64,000 bases of DNA, taken from assembly GCA_963851445.1 (NCBI GenBank), contig CAWKPH010000001.1, positions 553,363 through 617,362 on the forward strand. The letters run 5' to 3'. Source of the stretch: an uncultured bacterium (GTDB taxonomy: Bacteria; Patescibacteriota; Minisyncoccia; Phycocordibacterales; Phycocordibacteraceae). The notes beneath the pieces were generated by a model. It saw only the letters and a list, made by a program, of their open reading frames with translations. It had not been told where the DNA came from and ran no database searches. Shown piece after piece: positions 1-10,483 of this stretch; within the stretch, counting starts at the first letter, position 1, and every line of letters begins with the position of its first letter. Position numbers and translations under genes: made by a program.

Positions 1-1535
1 TTGATTTCAAAGGTGCATTGAAGATGCTTGCTGAGAAAGCAGGAGTCGAGATTGTATATGAGAAAGGCGGGGAAAATCGAGACCGCTCAGAGCGATTACG
101 TGAGGCGATGTCGCAAGCGGTGGCTTTTTTTTCCGCTCAGCTTGCCGAGGGCACTGCAGCATATGAATATGCGAAAAAACGCGGATTAAGTCCAGAAACT
201 ATTGCTGCATGGGAGCTCGGATTCAGTCCCGATGCGTGGCGCGCTTTGCTGGAGCATCTTTCGGGTCTCGGTTTCACTCAGGCAGAACTTCTTGCAGCAG
301 GACTAATTAAGGAAGCAGATGGGAGGCCGGGAACTTTTTATGATCGCTTTCGTAATCGTCTCATGTTTCCAATTCGTGACACGGCCGGGCGAACTGTTGC
401 ATTCACAGGTCGAACAATGAAGGACGATGAGCAAGCAAAATATCTGAATAGCCCTGAGACTGATCTTTTTAAAAAATCGGAAGTACTCTTTGGGATGGAT
501 CGTGCAAAGGATGCAATACGGACTCGTGGGTTTCTAATTCTCGTAGAAGGGCAGTTCGACCTTATCTTGCTCCATCAAATCGGTTTTACAAACACAGTTG
601 CTCTCTCAGGCACCGCACTTTCCCCACAGCATCTTTCGCTCATAAAACGTTATGCCGACAACCTGATGCTGTGTCTTGACGCAGATCGCGCTGGTCTTGC
701 GGCGAGCGCGAAAAACGCCCATGCAGCGCTTGCCGCAGGCATGCGCGTAAAGGCTGTACGACTTCCCGAAGGAAAAGATCCGGCTGATCTTGCACTTGAA
801 GATCCTAAAGATTTTGTGAGACGAATAAGTGAAGCGCAGCCCATCATAAGATTCTTTCTCTCAGTTCTCATTAAATCTGAGCCAGATCAAAATAAAGCTT
901 TTGCGGCGGCTGAGAGTATTGTGTTACCACTAATTTCTTCAATCCCAAGTTCTATAGAGCGGGAACGCTTTATAGAAGATACGTCACGAATGCTTGGAAT
1001 GCCGCCTGACGCGATTAGAGTTTCACTGCCACACTCGTTGACCCAGTCCTCCGGTTACTCTAATCGCCTCCCAAATTACAACCATAATTCAGCCAGGAGC
1101 CCTGTTGGCCCTGAATTTCCAGGTCAGCCAGGACGCACTGGTAGGGTTAATTCGGACGAATTATCTAACGAGGGAGTGCCGTCGATGCCCCAAAAGTATG
1201 CGGTCCGCATCCGTGCCATTAGAGCCAATTATCCGGGAACCGACCTTGCACAAAAATTGAAAAACGAGTACGCTCGTATTATTGGCGCAGAGGACTCCGA
1301 GGAGCCTCTCGATGAACGCGCCCTGTTTGAGGCTGGACTCGCCTACGGGGAGTCGCCTTCCGAATCTGATGCAGATGAGCTCGTGCGCGCATTCGAGCAC
1401 GCTGTTCTGTCCGAAAAACTGAAGAAGACGACCGAAGAACTCCGCCGTGCCGAAGCGACCGAGGATATGTCGGTCATATCCACTCTCATTGCCACGTGCA
1501 GAGAGATTTCAATCCAACTCGCGAAACTATCCTAA
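1..1535 (+). CDS. dnaG: DNA primase DnaG, 5'-truncated by the window edge (RNA-polymerase core, TOPRIM and C-terminal region present; the zinc-finger N-terminus lies upstream)
   Basis: The ORF at 18..1535 stays open back to position 3. Motifs RNRLMFPIRD and TOPRIM EGQFDLI...LDADRAG are present. It is followed by rpoD, as in the classical dnaG-rpoD arrangement. Confidence 0.85.
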   Translation, partial: DFKGALKMLAEKAGVEIVYEKGGENRDRSERLREAMSQAVAFFSAQLAEGTAAYEYAKKRGLSPETIAAWELGFSPDAWRALLEHLSGLGFTQAELLAAGLIKEADGRPGTFYDRFRNRLMFPIRDTAGRTVAFTGRTMKDDEQAKYLNSPETDLFKKSEVLFGMDRAKDAIRTRGFLILVEGQFDLILLHQIGFTNTVALSGTALSPQHLSLIKRYADNLMLCLDADRAGLAASAKNAHAALAAGMRVKAVRLPEGKDPADLALEDPKDFVRRISEAQPIIRFFLSVLIKSEPDQNKAFAAAESIVLPLISSIPSSIERERFIEDTSRMLGMPPDAIRVSLPHSLTQSSGYSNRLPNYNHNSARSPVGPEFPGQPGRTGRVNSDELSNEGVPSMPQKYAVRIRAIRANYPGTDLAQKLKNEYARIIGAEDSEEPLDERALFEAGLAYGESPSESDADELVRAFEHAVLSEKLKKTTEELRRAEATEDMSVISTLIATCREISIQLAKLS

Positions 1536-1614
1536 ATCCAGTTGTTTGCATTTCCAAATCACATCGTCTCAATAGAATTTTCATTACAATTATTAATTTC
1601 TAAATACTTTTTCT

Positions 1615-2952
1615 ATGCCTATCACTAAAAAGAAAGCTCTCAAGAAGAAAGCACCCTCAAGTAAGAAGAAGTTCACAAAGAAAACACCAAAAAAGACTCC
1701 TAAGAAAGCTCTACGCAAAGGTGGGCCCAAAAAGCAATCTAAGAGCAAAGGAAGGAAAGTGTCGAAAAAGTCAGTAAAAAAGACAAGCTCGAAAACAAAA
1801 ACGGTAAACAAGACTGCTTTTAATCGATCAAAAGTCACAGCAGTTGTACGTAGTGCTGCAAAAGGTGCTAAGGCAAAAGCAATGAGTGAGCGTGATCAGA
1901 AAGCTGAACACCTCATAAAGAAAGGTCGTGAGCGTGGATACATAACGTACAGCGAGATTTTGAAAGAATTTCCGCACATTGAGAATGATGTGTCATTCCT
2001 CGATGACTTATATGAGCGGTTCACCATCACAGGCATTGACATACTCGAAGGCGGCATGCTTGAAGACAATGCTGACGAATACCTCGCAAGTCGCAATATT
2101 AAGGGCCGCGAGTCTGCTGGCTACGACTCTATTCAGATTTATCTGCGTGAAATTGGTCAGTACCCGCTTCTCACTGCTGCTGAAGAGCGTAACCTCGCCC
2201 AGCGTATCGAGTCGGGTGACGACGAAGCGCGTGGACTACTTATGCGCGCGAACCTTCGCCTCGTTGTCTCTATCGCCAAGAAGTATGTTGGGCGCTCGCC
2301 CGATCTTACACTTCTCGACCTCATTCAAGAGGGGAATTTAGGTCTTCATAAGGCTGTCGACAAATTCGACTGGAAAAAGGGATATAAATTCTCAACCTAC
2401 GCAACATGGTGGATTCGCCAGGCGATTACTCGTGCGCTCGCTGATCAGTCTCGAACGATCCGTATCCCAGTTCATATGGTGGAAACCATAGCAAAATACA
2501 AGCAAGTATCGCGTCGACTTGCACAAGCGCTCGGACGAGATGCTCAGCCCGAGGAGATCGCTGTAGAAATGGGAGTTGAAGTCGACAAGATTTATCAAAT
2601 CGAGAAAATTAATCAAGATACGCTTTCGCTTGAGAACCCCATCGGTTCTGAAGAGGACGATGGGCGCTCAACGCTGGGCGATTTTATTGCTGACGACAAG
2701 ATTCCATCGCCCGTGCAAGAATCTTCAGAGCGCATTCTAACTGAACAAGTCCGTGACATACTTGACGACCTCTCACCTAAGGAACGCAAAATTCTCGAGA
2801 TGCGCCACGGCCTCCTTGATGGTATTTACCACACGCTTGAAGAAGTGGGCAAGGAATTCGGCGTCACTCGCGAACGTATTCGTCAAATCGAAGCTAAAGC
2901 TCTGGAAAAAATCAGAACACACGAGAAGTCTCGTAGGCTCAAAAGTTACTAA
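1615..2952 (+). CDS. rpoD: RNA polymerase primary sigma factor (sigma-70) with a ~90-aa lysine-rich N-terminal extension
   Basis: Region 2 ([45 protein letters not shown]), region 3 and region 4 ([15 protein letters not shown]...[22 protein letters not shown]) are all present. The N-terminus is KKxxPKK repeats. Confidence 0.92.
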   Translation: MPITKKKALKKKAPSSKKKFTKKTPKKTPKKALRKGGPKKQSKSKGRKVSKKSVKKTSSKTKTVNKTAFNRSKVTAVVRSAAKGAKAKAMSERDQKAEHLIKKGRERGYITYSEILKEFPHIENDVSFLDDLYERFTITGIDILEGGMLEDNADEYLASRNIKGRESAGYDSIQIYLREIGQYPLLTAAEERNLAQRIESGDDEARGLLMRANLRLVVSIAKKYVGRSPDLTLLDLIQEGNLGLHKAVDKFDWKKGYKFSTYATWWIRQAITRALADQSRTIRIPVHMVETIAKYKQVSRRLAQALGRDAQPEEIAVEMGVEVDKIYQIEKINQDTLSLENPIGSEEDDGRSTLGDFIADDKIPSPVQESSERILTEQVRDILDDLSPKERKILEMRHGLLDGIYHTLEEVGKEFGVTRERIRQIEAKALEKIRTHEKSRRLKSY

Positions 2953-3016
2953 TTAAGAGAAGGAGAGACAAAGGACATAAGGATACTTCCAGAAGTGTTT
3001 GCGATAAACTATATAA

Positions 3017-6000
3017 ATGCCAAATACTCCCGAATTTGACTCCGCATACAAGGCTCTAAATGTGGAGCAGCGTATTGCGGTCGACGCAATCGACGGGCCA
3101 GTATTTGTTATTGCAGGGCCGGGAACTGGCAAGACGCAGGTTTTAACACTCCGAATCGCGCAGATACTGTTGAAAACCGATACGTCACCAGAGAATATTC
3201 TTGCGCTCACGTTCACAGAGAGTGGCGTCGCAGAGATGAAAGAGCGTCTTACGAAACTCATCGGCAGTCGAGCCTCGAAGGTCCGTTTCCATACTTTCCA
3301 CAGCTTTGCGGAATCTCTCGTAAACCGCTATCCAGATTATTTTCCACGCATTATCGGTGCCCAGGTGGCAACAGATGCTGAGCGCGCGGAGATCCTTGAT
3401 GCGGCGCTTCTTACAGCAGATGTAGAATATCTCCGACCATACGGCGATACTCTCTACTACCACGCAATTGCGAAGAGTGCGATACAAACGCTGAAGCGAG
3501 AAAACGTCACCCCCGAAATCCTTGAAGAAAAAATAGCTGCTTCTGAAAAAGAATTTGAAAAAATTCCAAATAAACGTCATGCGAAAGGAAAATACGAAGG
3601 GAAACTAAAGGGTGAATTTGAAGGATTGCAGAAAAAAATCGCGAAGACACGTGACCTCCTCGCCGTATACAAACTGTATGAGAAGGGACTTGCCGATATA
3701 CACCGATATGATTACGACGACCTGATCCTCGAATCGGTTCGCGCGCTGACTGAGGACGAGGGATTCCGGCGCGAAGTACAGGAAGGATTCTTCTACATCC
3801 TCGCCGATGAGCATCAGGATGCGAATCGAGCGCAGAACGCCATACTTGAGCTTCTCGTAGAATATAGTGATCGTCCGAATTTGTTCATTGTTGGTGACGA
3901 AAAGCAGGCCATTTATCGCTTTCAGGGAGCAGATCTCGACAACGTACAGTATTTTCGGGGACGGTTCGAAGGCACCCGGGTAATCGTACTCAAAGAGAAT
4001 TATCGCTCGACGCAGAATATCTTAGACAACGCACTCGCCCTGATTACGGCCTCCCCAGATGAACGGCTCTCAAGACTGCCTCTTTCCTCGCAAAGGAAAG
4101 AGCAAACTCCACCCATTACCATTGCAAGTTTTAGTACACCAAATGAAGAGGTTGCATACATTGCCGAAAGGATTGAAAAATTACACAAAAAAAGGGAACC
4201 TGATAACGGCGTGTCTTATGAGAACATTGCCATTCTCGTGCGCCGCAATCGTGATGTTCTCTGGTTTGGTGAGCAATTGTCACGCCGAAATATTCCTGTC
4301 TCAGTTGGAGGGGAGGATGCTCTCAATAACCGATTTGTGCGTTCGCTCGTCAGGTTTCTCGAACTTATTAACGAGCCACGTGATGAGCGCCTCGCGGGCG
4401 TATTGTCGCTGCCAGGATTCGATATTTCTGCTGCAGATTCCTGGCGGATTATTCAAAAGGCTCGGAGTGAGAAGATTCCAGTACTCGAGGTGTTGGCGTC
4501 CGAGGGACTTCTCGCTGAGATAAAAGTTGTGGATAAGAAAGCGGTCCGGACGCTTTTTGCAGTTATCACTCACCTCGCTAAGCAAGCCTCCATAGAGCGT
4601 CCTGCTGTTGTCGCGGAGCTTGCTCTAGGCGCCTCTGGGCTCTTGGGAGAGGTTCTTAATGCGACAGACAGAGTCGAGTCTCTCGCTGCTGTACGAGCCT
4701 TTTTAACACTCCTAGAAGAGCTCTCCGAGCGTGAGCATGATGCTCTTTTGCCGCGTGCACTAGAATTAGCGACACTATATGAAGAACGGAATCTCTCCCT
4801 TCCATCTGCTTCACATGAGGTATCTGGTTACGTAAAACTTATGACTGTTCACAAAGCCAAGGGACGAGAGTTTAACTACGTATTCATGCCACATCTCTCC
4901 GAGCAAGTGTGGTCTACACGTGCACATGTGGAGCATTTCCATGTGCCGGATGTGTTGAGTGGGGCAAACGAACTCGAAGATGAGCGCAGACTTTTATACG
5001 TTGGTCTCACTCGAGCAAAAGAACATGCAACTCTTTCCTATGCAAGCACTCGCAATGATGGAAGACTCGTAGAACCCATGCCGCTCCTGGAAGACCTCGA
5101 TCCAAAACTCGTTGAGAAGGTTGTTTATATAAATCAAGAAGTCGATCCGCTCTTGCTACCAAAAAAAGTAGATCACATGAATAGCAAATTAAACAAAATA
5201 GAAAAGAAAAACGATTCGCTAGAACGGTCCAAAGAAAATTTGCCGACGAAAGACGATCTTGCAACACTCCGTGAAGCATTCAACACCCAAGGACTTTCTC
5301 CGACCGCACTCAATAACTATCTTCAATGCCCTTGGAAATATTTCTATGTAAGCTTACTGCGACTTCCAGAAGTGGAGAACAAATACATGCTCTACGGAAC
5401 CGCTATTCATGAGGCCCTTAAGGCATATGCTGATCGTCGCGCTCGCGGTGAAGAAATGGGAGCTGCGTATCTAATTACGACTTTCTCACGCAAACTCTCA
5501 CGTTCACCACTTGCAACCAAAGACATTAAAGAACTCGAAATTAAGGGCGAAAAGGCATTGAATATATGGTGGAAGGAACGCTCATTCACGTGGCCAGAAA
5601 AAGTTGAAGCTGAATTGGCAATTGAAGTCATGTTACTGATTGGAAAGGAAGAATTAAAGTTGCGGGGGAATCTTGATCGCGTTGACACGCTTCCAGGAGG
5701 TCTAGTTCGCGTCATCGACTATAAAACGGGCAAGATACGAAGCCGCAACGAACTTATGGGTAAGACGGTAAGTAGCGATGGAAATTATTACCGGCAGTTG
5801 CAATTCTATAAGCTACTCTTGGCTCGTGCGGCACGACCACGCATAATGCATGATGCTGTAATCGAATTTGTTGAGCCGGACGACTCTGGTCATATTCGCT
5901 CCGAGACATTTGATATTAGTGATGGGGAAGTGAAGGAACTCGAATTGCTCATTGCGAAATCAGTTTCAGAAATCCTCTCGCTCGCATTCTGGAATACGCC

Positions 6001-6061
6001 ATGTGGAGAGAAGAACTGTATTTGGTGCGAGTACCGCTTTGGCCTCGCAAAGCTGGTTTAA
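3017..6061 (+). CDS. UvrD/PcrA-like superfamily-1 helicase fused to a C-terminal PD-(D/E)XK nuclease domain with a Cys4 cluster (AddA/AdnB-like single polypeptide)
   Basis: Walker A AGPGTGKT and motif II LADEHQDAN are present. The C-terminal nuclease core spans ~VIDYKTGK. The sequence ends with a four-cysteine motif, CPWKYFY ... CGEKNCIWCEY. Confidence 0.7.
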   Translation: MPNTPEFDSAYKALNVEQRIAVDAIDGPVFVIAGPGTGKTQVLTLRIAQILLKTDTSPENILALTFTESGVAEMKERLTKLIGSRASKVRFHTFHSFAESLVNRYPDYFPRIIGAQVATDAERAEILDAALLTADVEYLRPYGDTLYYHAIAKSAIQTLKRENVTPEILEEKIAASEKEFEKIPNKRHAKGKYEGKLKGEFEGLQKKIAKTRDLLAVYKLYEKGLADIHRYDYDDLILESVRALTEDEGFRREVQEGFFYILADEHQDANRAQNAILELLVEYSDRPNLFIVGDEKQAIYRFQGADLDNVQYFRGRFEGTRVIVLKENYRSTQNILDNALALITASPDERLSRLPLSSQRKEQTPPITIASFSTPNEEVAYIAERIEKLHKKREPDNGVSYENIAILVRRNRDVLWFGEQLSRRNIPVSVGGEDALNNRFVRSLVRFLELINEPRDERLAGVLSLPGFDISAADSWRIIQKARSEKIPVLEVLASEGLLAEIKVVDKKAVRTLFAVITHLAKQASIERPAVVAELALGASGLLGEVLNATDRVESLAAVRAFLTLLEELSEREHDALLPRALELATLYEERNLSLPSASHEVSGYVKLMTVHKAKGREFNYVFMPHLSEQVWSTRAHVEHFHVPDVLSGANELEDERRLLYVGLTRAKEHATLSYASTRNDGRLVEPMPLLEDLDPKLVEKVVYINQEVDPLLLPKKVDHMNSKLNKIEKKNDSLERSKENLPTKDDLATLREAFNTQGLSPTALNNYLQCPWKYFYVSLLRLPEVENKYMLYGTAIHEALKAYADRRARGEEMGAAYLITTFSRKLSRSPLATKDIKELEIKGEKALNIWWKERSFTWPEKVEAELAIEVMLLIGKEELKLRGNLDRVDTLPGGLVRVIDYKTGKIRSRNELMGKTVSSDGNYYRQLQFYKLLLARAARPRIMHDAVIEFVEPDDSGHIRSETFDISDGEVKELELLIAKSVSEILSLAFWNTPCGEKNCIWCEYRFGLAKLV

Positions 6062-6085
6062 TTCATTTGGACACAATTAACTCCT

Positions 6086-6805
6086 CTAGGTTCCCGAATT
6101 GCCCGACGTATCGAGCACCTTCGCGATTGATTGATCCAGGACTTCTTTCATTGTGTCGTAGGGAACTGAACCAGAAATAACAATAGGTTTCTGGTCTCTC
6201 ACTTCGAGAATATTGTACGGCGAACCTGTTGCGCCCACCGCAACAGCGTTATTGTAATCTTCGGCAACCACTTTTTGATATGTATGTGCACTAAGACAAC
6301 TATTGAATGATCCTGTCGAAATGCCAAGACCTGAAACGATCGTATCGTAACCACTTGGATCGAAAATATTGTCACCCGGAGCGGCTGCTTGTATTGCGTC
6401 AATAAACTTGAAGAAGTCGGGCGTACCACCAAGCGCAGCAACACACTCTGCGGCTTCAGCATGTTCGCCGTCGTTTGGATCAGCACCACTTAGTGGGAAA
6501 TGTCGGTAAACCCATGCCACATTTCCGCTCGGACCGTAGTTTGCCATGACTTCCTCCATCACTTGCTGAAAATCTTTAGAATAGGAAGAATCGATGTCTG
6601 CATATTCGATGATAACAATGGGCGCTGCAGGATTTCCATATACATGATCGGACAGCGAGACAGGATTGGCAGCTTCAGGGTCACCAACTGTTGGCAGTGG
6701 AGCATGATGTCGGGTTATATAAATCGCACCCGCAAGAATGATGCCCGCCAGTACGATTGCGCCAGGAAGGAACCACTCATTCTGACTAGAGACTTTTGAA
6801 TGCAT
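6086..6805 (-). CDS. Membrane-anchored DsbA-like thioredoxin-fold protein lacking the CxxC active site
   Basis: An N-terminal TM helix is followed by a DsbA-family fold. At the position where DsbA proteins carry the active-site CxxC (e.g. S-D-F-Q-C-P-F-C), this protein reads IEYADIDSSYS. Confidence 0.5.
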   Translation of the reverse strand: MHSKVSSQNEWFLPGAIVLAGIILAGAIYITRHHAPLPTVGDPEAANPVSLSDHVYGNPAAPIVIIEYADIDSSYSKDFQQVMEEVMANYGPSGNVAWVYRHFPLSGADPNDGEHAEAAECVAALGGTPDFFKFIDAIQAAAPGDNIFDPSGYDTIVSGLGISTGSFNSCLSAHTYQKVVAEDYNNAVAVGATGSPYNILEVRDQKPIVISGSVPYDTMKEVLDQSIAKVLDTSGNSGT

Positions 6806-6858
6806 GTACGAAAATCATAACATGATGCACATGCACTGCGGATAAAACAACATGTTCA

Positions 6859-7437
6859 TCAAAAAGGCAATGTATGAGTGAGTGATGGTGGAGTTGCAGG
6901 TTCAAGCCACGTCTTTATATCGAGTCGTATGTCATGAATATCACGAAGGTCTTTGAATTTGAGAATACCTTTCTTAAGTGCGTAGTCGAAAAGCTCGCGC
7001 GTGATGCGAACATCCTCGATGCAGTATTCTCGAACCTTGTCTTCGAGTCCCTGTGCCCACCACTCAACAGCCTTGAGTCCATCTCCGCTCTTAGCGCGTC
7101 CAAGTGTTGCTTCAGCAAGCGATTGAAGTCTAATCCGACGCCCAAGTACTTTCTGAACTTCAACCATGAGATCAAGTGATTTAATTGCTGCAAGATTCCC
7201 TGGGTAATAACGGTTGAGTATGGGAATATCGAACATGTCCGAATTGAAACCTACAAGCATTTCAGCGTGTTCTATGATTGACCATAACACTGGAAACTCT
7301 TCCTTCGTATATGAGCTATATTCGTTTGTCTCCGAATCATGAATTGCGACAACTGAGATATCAAGGCGCGAGAGATCTGATCGTGATAGTGCAGGCAATA
7401 TGTTTGAAGTCTCGATATCAAAAGTGATGACACGCAT
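6859..7437 (-). CDS. RNase H-like 3'-5' exonuclease family protein (YprB/PF13482-like)
   Basis: The N-terminal MRVITFDIETSN acidic motif is typical of DEDD/RNase-H-fold exonucleases. Confidence 0.5.
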   Translation of the reverse strand: MRVITFDIETSNILPALSRSDLSRLDISVVAIHDSETNEYSSYTKEEFPVLWSIIEHAEMLVGFNSDMFDIPILNRYYPGNLAAIKSLDLMVEVQKVLGRRIRLQSLAEATLGRAKSGDGLKAVEWWAQGLEDKVREYCIEDVRITRELFDYALKKGILKFKDLRDIHDIRLDIKTWLEPATPPSLTHTLPF

Positions 7438-7446
7438 ATATAAAAG

Positions 7447-8712
7447 CTACTTAAAATATTCGGCAACTTTTGTCCGAGATATCTCCTTTTCATCTCCACT
7501 TTCGAGTATCTTAATGCGGATCATACTTGATGCATCGGCTGCTTCTTGTTCTCCATAAGCAATGAAGAAGGGTATGCTCCGGCGCGATGCATCACGGATT
7601 TGATCTCCAAGGGCTTTATTCGTTGAATTCACAATTGTGCGAATTCCAGCTTTTCGGAGCTCTTGTGCAAATTCTTGAGCATGAAACAAATCGTTTTCTG
7701 AAGGCGTTCCAATGTATACTTCGGGCGACGATGTGGCTTTTGGTAAAATGTTATGCGTCTTAAGAAAGTCGAGCAGCGTTACATCACCAATTGCGAAACC
7801 AATGCAAGGAAGAGGTTCACCCCCAAAAAGTGAAATAAGATCGTCATATCGACCACCCCCACCAATTGCTCGAGGATTCTCAATACTTGTGTCATATATC
7901 TCGAAAACAACTCCAGTATAATAGTCGAAGCCACGCACAATTTCAGGATCAAAGACAGCATTCGTCACTCCACGTTCATGAAGTAGCTTGATGAGTCGAG
8001 TCAATTTCTCTTTTTCCTCCGAGACTCTCCGATCTTCGCCCGACTCGATTGCTTTCAAAGGATCTGATTTTCCAGGGCCGAGCGCAGTTTCGAATTCTTC
8101 TAAGTCCATTTTGCTCTTCTTATCGAGAAGTCGACTGTAGATTCGAACTGCTTCTTCAGTGGCAAAGCCAGTTGCTATACACGCTGCGGAAAGCAATGTG
8201 CGTGAGCTTATGCGAATAACAAAATCCTTTTCCGTCGCACCGAGAGCTTTTAGAATTTCATATGCCAATACTATAATCTCGCAATCAGCTTTTGTATCTG
8301 CAGTTCCCGCCAAGTCGACATTTAACTGATAGTGCTCACGCAAGCGGCCACGCTGAGGACGCTCGTATCTAAAAACATTCGGGATCGAATACCAACGAAG
8401 CGGCAGTGGAATCTCTCGGCGTTTAGCAGCAACCATGCGCGCAAATGTTGGAGTCATCTCGGGGCGCAGCGTCACGCGCCTCTCGCCGCGATCGAGAAAT
8501 GTATATGTCTGCTCGGTTACGATCTCTTCAGAGGTCTTAGATTCGAAGAGTTCAGCGCGCTCAAGAGGAGACGCATTATACTCCTCATAGCCCCACAATC
8601 CGAGCGTTTTGCGGATGACCTGAAAAACGGCACCAAAAGTGCTCCAATCTTCAGGATAGAAATCGCGTACGCCCTTATATGGTTCTGTTCCGATCTGGTC
8701 GCCCTTATTCAT
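7447..8712 (-). CDS. hisS: Histidine--tRNA ligase
   Basis: Class II aaRS motifs are present (YKGVRDFYPED, RYERPQRGRLREHYQLNVD, GGGGRYDDLISLFGG) plus a C-terminal anticodon-binding domain. Confidence 0.92.
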   Translation of the reverse strand: MNKGDQIGTEPYKGVRDFYPEDWSTFGAVFQVIRKTLGLWGYEEYNASPLERAELFESKTSEEIVTEQTYTFLDRGERRVTLRPEMTPTFARMVAAKRREIPLPLRWYSIPNVFRYERPQRGRLREHYQLNVDLAGTADTKADCEIIVLAYEILKALGATEKDFVIRISSRTLLSAACIATGFATEEAVRIYSRLLDKKSKMDLEEFETALGPGKSDPLKAIESGEDRRVSEEKEKLTRLIKLLHERGVTNAVFDPEIVRGFDYYTGVVFEIYDTSIENPRAIGGGGRYDDLISLFGGEPLPCIGFAIGDVTLLDFLKTHNILPKATSSPEVYIGTPSENDLFHAQEFAQELRKAGIRTIVNSTNKALGDQIRDASRRSIPFFIAYGEQEAADASSMIRIKILESGDEKEISRTKVAEYFK

Positions 8713-8808
8713 TCTTCTAGTGTACCAGAGATACTACGAGCTCAAAAAGAACCCGTTCTCTGTTAGCTCAGCTCTTGAAATTTTCTCGCAGAATATGAAG
8801 TTCACTAA

Positions 8809-9372
8809 TCAAACGCCGCTTGCAGAAGGCTGACCGTTACTATTAAGAGCCGCGACTTCACGCATGATAAGATCGCGTATCTCTTGCGGACGTGAGATGT
8901 CATACATGCCGAATTGCTCGCTTCGTCCTGCGGTCTCGACATCAAGTGAACCAAAACTAAAAAGAGTCGGTATGAATCCCTCTACGTCAGTGGTCACGTC
9001 CTGAACGCGGTTCAGGAGGAAACTCGAGACCTTACGGCTAAAAAACCCGTATTGATGAATCTCAACGATACGAGTCGTCGTTATAATCCACACGGTAAGG
9101 TAATAACAGAGGAAGGCGCTGTACGCGCCCATCCACAACAGGAGCCACCAAAGCGCAAGACCAAAGCGGATATAGGAACTGGCTTCCGCAATATCCTTTG
9201 TAAGTGAGGTTCCTATTGTAGGGATGTTGTCTATAAGAGGAAGTAAAAACAGGAGGACGATCGGTAACAGGGCGAACATAATTGTCAGGAATATGTGGCC
9301 AAAGAAAATGATCCAGTGCTTGCGTACAAGGAGGGTAATCTTTTCTCCCGGTTCAAGTTCGAATTCCTCCAT
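8809..9372 (-). CDS. Membrane protein with bacterial PH-like (YdbS/YdbT-type) domain
   Basis: Two central TM helices are flanked by soluble regions. The overall resemblance to bPH_2 proteins is weak. Confidence 0.35.
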   Translation of the reverse strand: MEEFELEPGEKITLLVRKHWIIFFGHIFLTIMFALLPIVLLFLLPLIDNIPTIGTSLTKDIAEASSYIRFGLALWWLLLWMGAYSAFLCYYLTVWIITTTRIVEIHQYGFFSRKVSSFLLNRVQDVTTDVEGFIPTLFSFGSLDVETAGRSEQFGMYDISRPQEIRDLIMREVAALNSNGQPSASGV

Positions 9373-9386
9373 ATACTATATTAATA

Positions 9387-9671
9387 TTATGCAAAAGAAC
9401 TGAGTGCGAGCAGAAATAATCCTGCTGAAACGAATAAATGAAGGGTGAGTGAGGGTATGGCAACCCGTGAAGTATGGCCATACTTGAACCAATGATAGAC
9501 GAAGACAAAAGTGAATATGACCCAGACGAGGAAAATGAGTATTAATACAATGGTGAGCACAGATGCGGGTTGAAGACCCGAGGTAAAAGACTGTGCTGGG
9601 AAAGGAACTTCTTGGACGGGAGATAAAGGACTTCTAGTTACCCCCGTTGAGAGAGAAAGTAGTGAACTCAT
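9387..9671 (-). CDS. Small integral membrane protein (hypothetical)
   Basis: 94 aa with two hydrophobic segments. It is co-oriented with prmC, and its stop is only 14 nt upstream of the 8809..9372 start. Confidence 0.4.
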   Translation of the reverse strand: MSSLLSLSTGVTRSPLSPVQEVPFPAQSFTSGLQPASVLTIVLILIFLVWVIFTFVFVYHWFKYGHTSRVAIPSLTLHLFVSAGLFLLALSSFA

Positions 9672-10471
9672 CAGTCGAATTGTCCCACGATAAGCCTCCG
9701 GCGACCATAGAGGTCTTCGTGGATAGCGACGTCTTTGGCTCCACGAGCTTCAATGAGTTTCGCCGCTTCGCCTATATTACTCACATCACACTCCACCCAC
9801 AGTTCTCCATGGGAACCAAGGAAGTTATGCGCCTCCATCACGATGCGTTTGATAATCTCGAGTCCATCGCTTCCCGCAAAAAGTGCTTCATGTTGCTCGT
9901 ATGCAGATATACTTTCGGGGAGTTTACGGCCTACAGGGATATATGGAGGGTTGCAAACAATAATATTAAATCTAGTATTTGAAATATCTTCAGTATTTTG
10001 TTCGGTGAGGAAATGATTTTCTATAAACGATTCAAACAGGTCGCTCTGACGGATATCAGCTCGACTTTCGTCTAACGCATTAACACGAAGATTGGTCCAA
10101 ATTTGCTGAATGTGTTCTGCAAAAAGTTCGCCAAATGATACTTGCGCATTTGGAAGCTTTGCGAGCACCGAAAGTCCAATCGCTCCTGATCCCGCGCAAA
10201 GATCAAGGAGTCTGAATGAATTTTCACCAAAACGTTCCCGGAGATGAGTAATGAGCATGTCGGTCCACCATTCGGTTTCAGGACGTGGAATGAGGGGTTT
10301 GGAATCGAGCCCAATCTTAAGCCCAAGAAAGGGGATCCATCCGATTACGTAGGCGAGCGGCTCGCCTTTGGCAAGTCGCTCCAAATCTTTTGACAAGTCA
10401 GTTTCAAAATTGCCACTGTATTTTTCACGCAGCAAAAGCTCGGTATTTTGAGTCTTAGAGGGTATTGACAT
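9671..10471 (-). CDS. prmC: Release factor glutamine N5-methyltransferase PrmC/HemK
   Basis: NPPY catalytic motif (VCNPPYIPVG) and a SAM-binding LDLCAGSGAIG motif are present. Confidence 0.85.
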   Translation of the reverse strand: MSIPSKTQNTELLLREKYSGNFETDLSKDLERLAKGEPLAYVIGWIPFLGLKIGLDSKPLIPRPETEWWTDMLITHLRERFGENSFRLLDLCAGSGAIGLSVLAKLPNAQVSFGELFAEHIQQIWTNLRVNALDESRADIRQSDLFESFIENHFLTEQNTEDISNTRFNIIVCNPPYIPVGRKLPESISAYEQHEALFAGSDGLEIIKRIVMEAHNFLGSHGELWVECDVSNIGEAAKLIEARGAKDVAIHEDLYGRRRLIVGQFD

Positions 10472-10483
10472 ATATCTATATAT

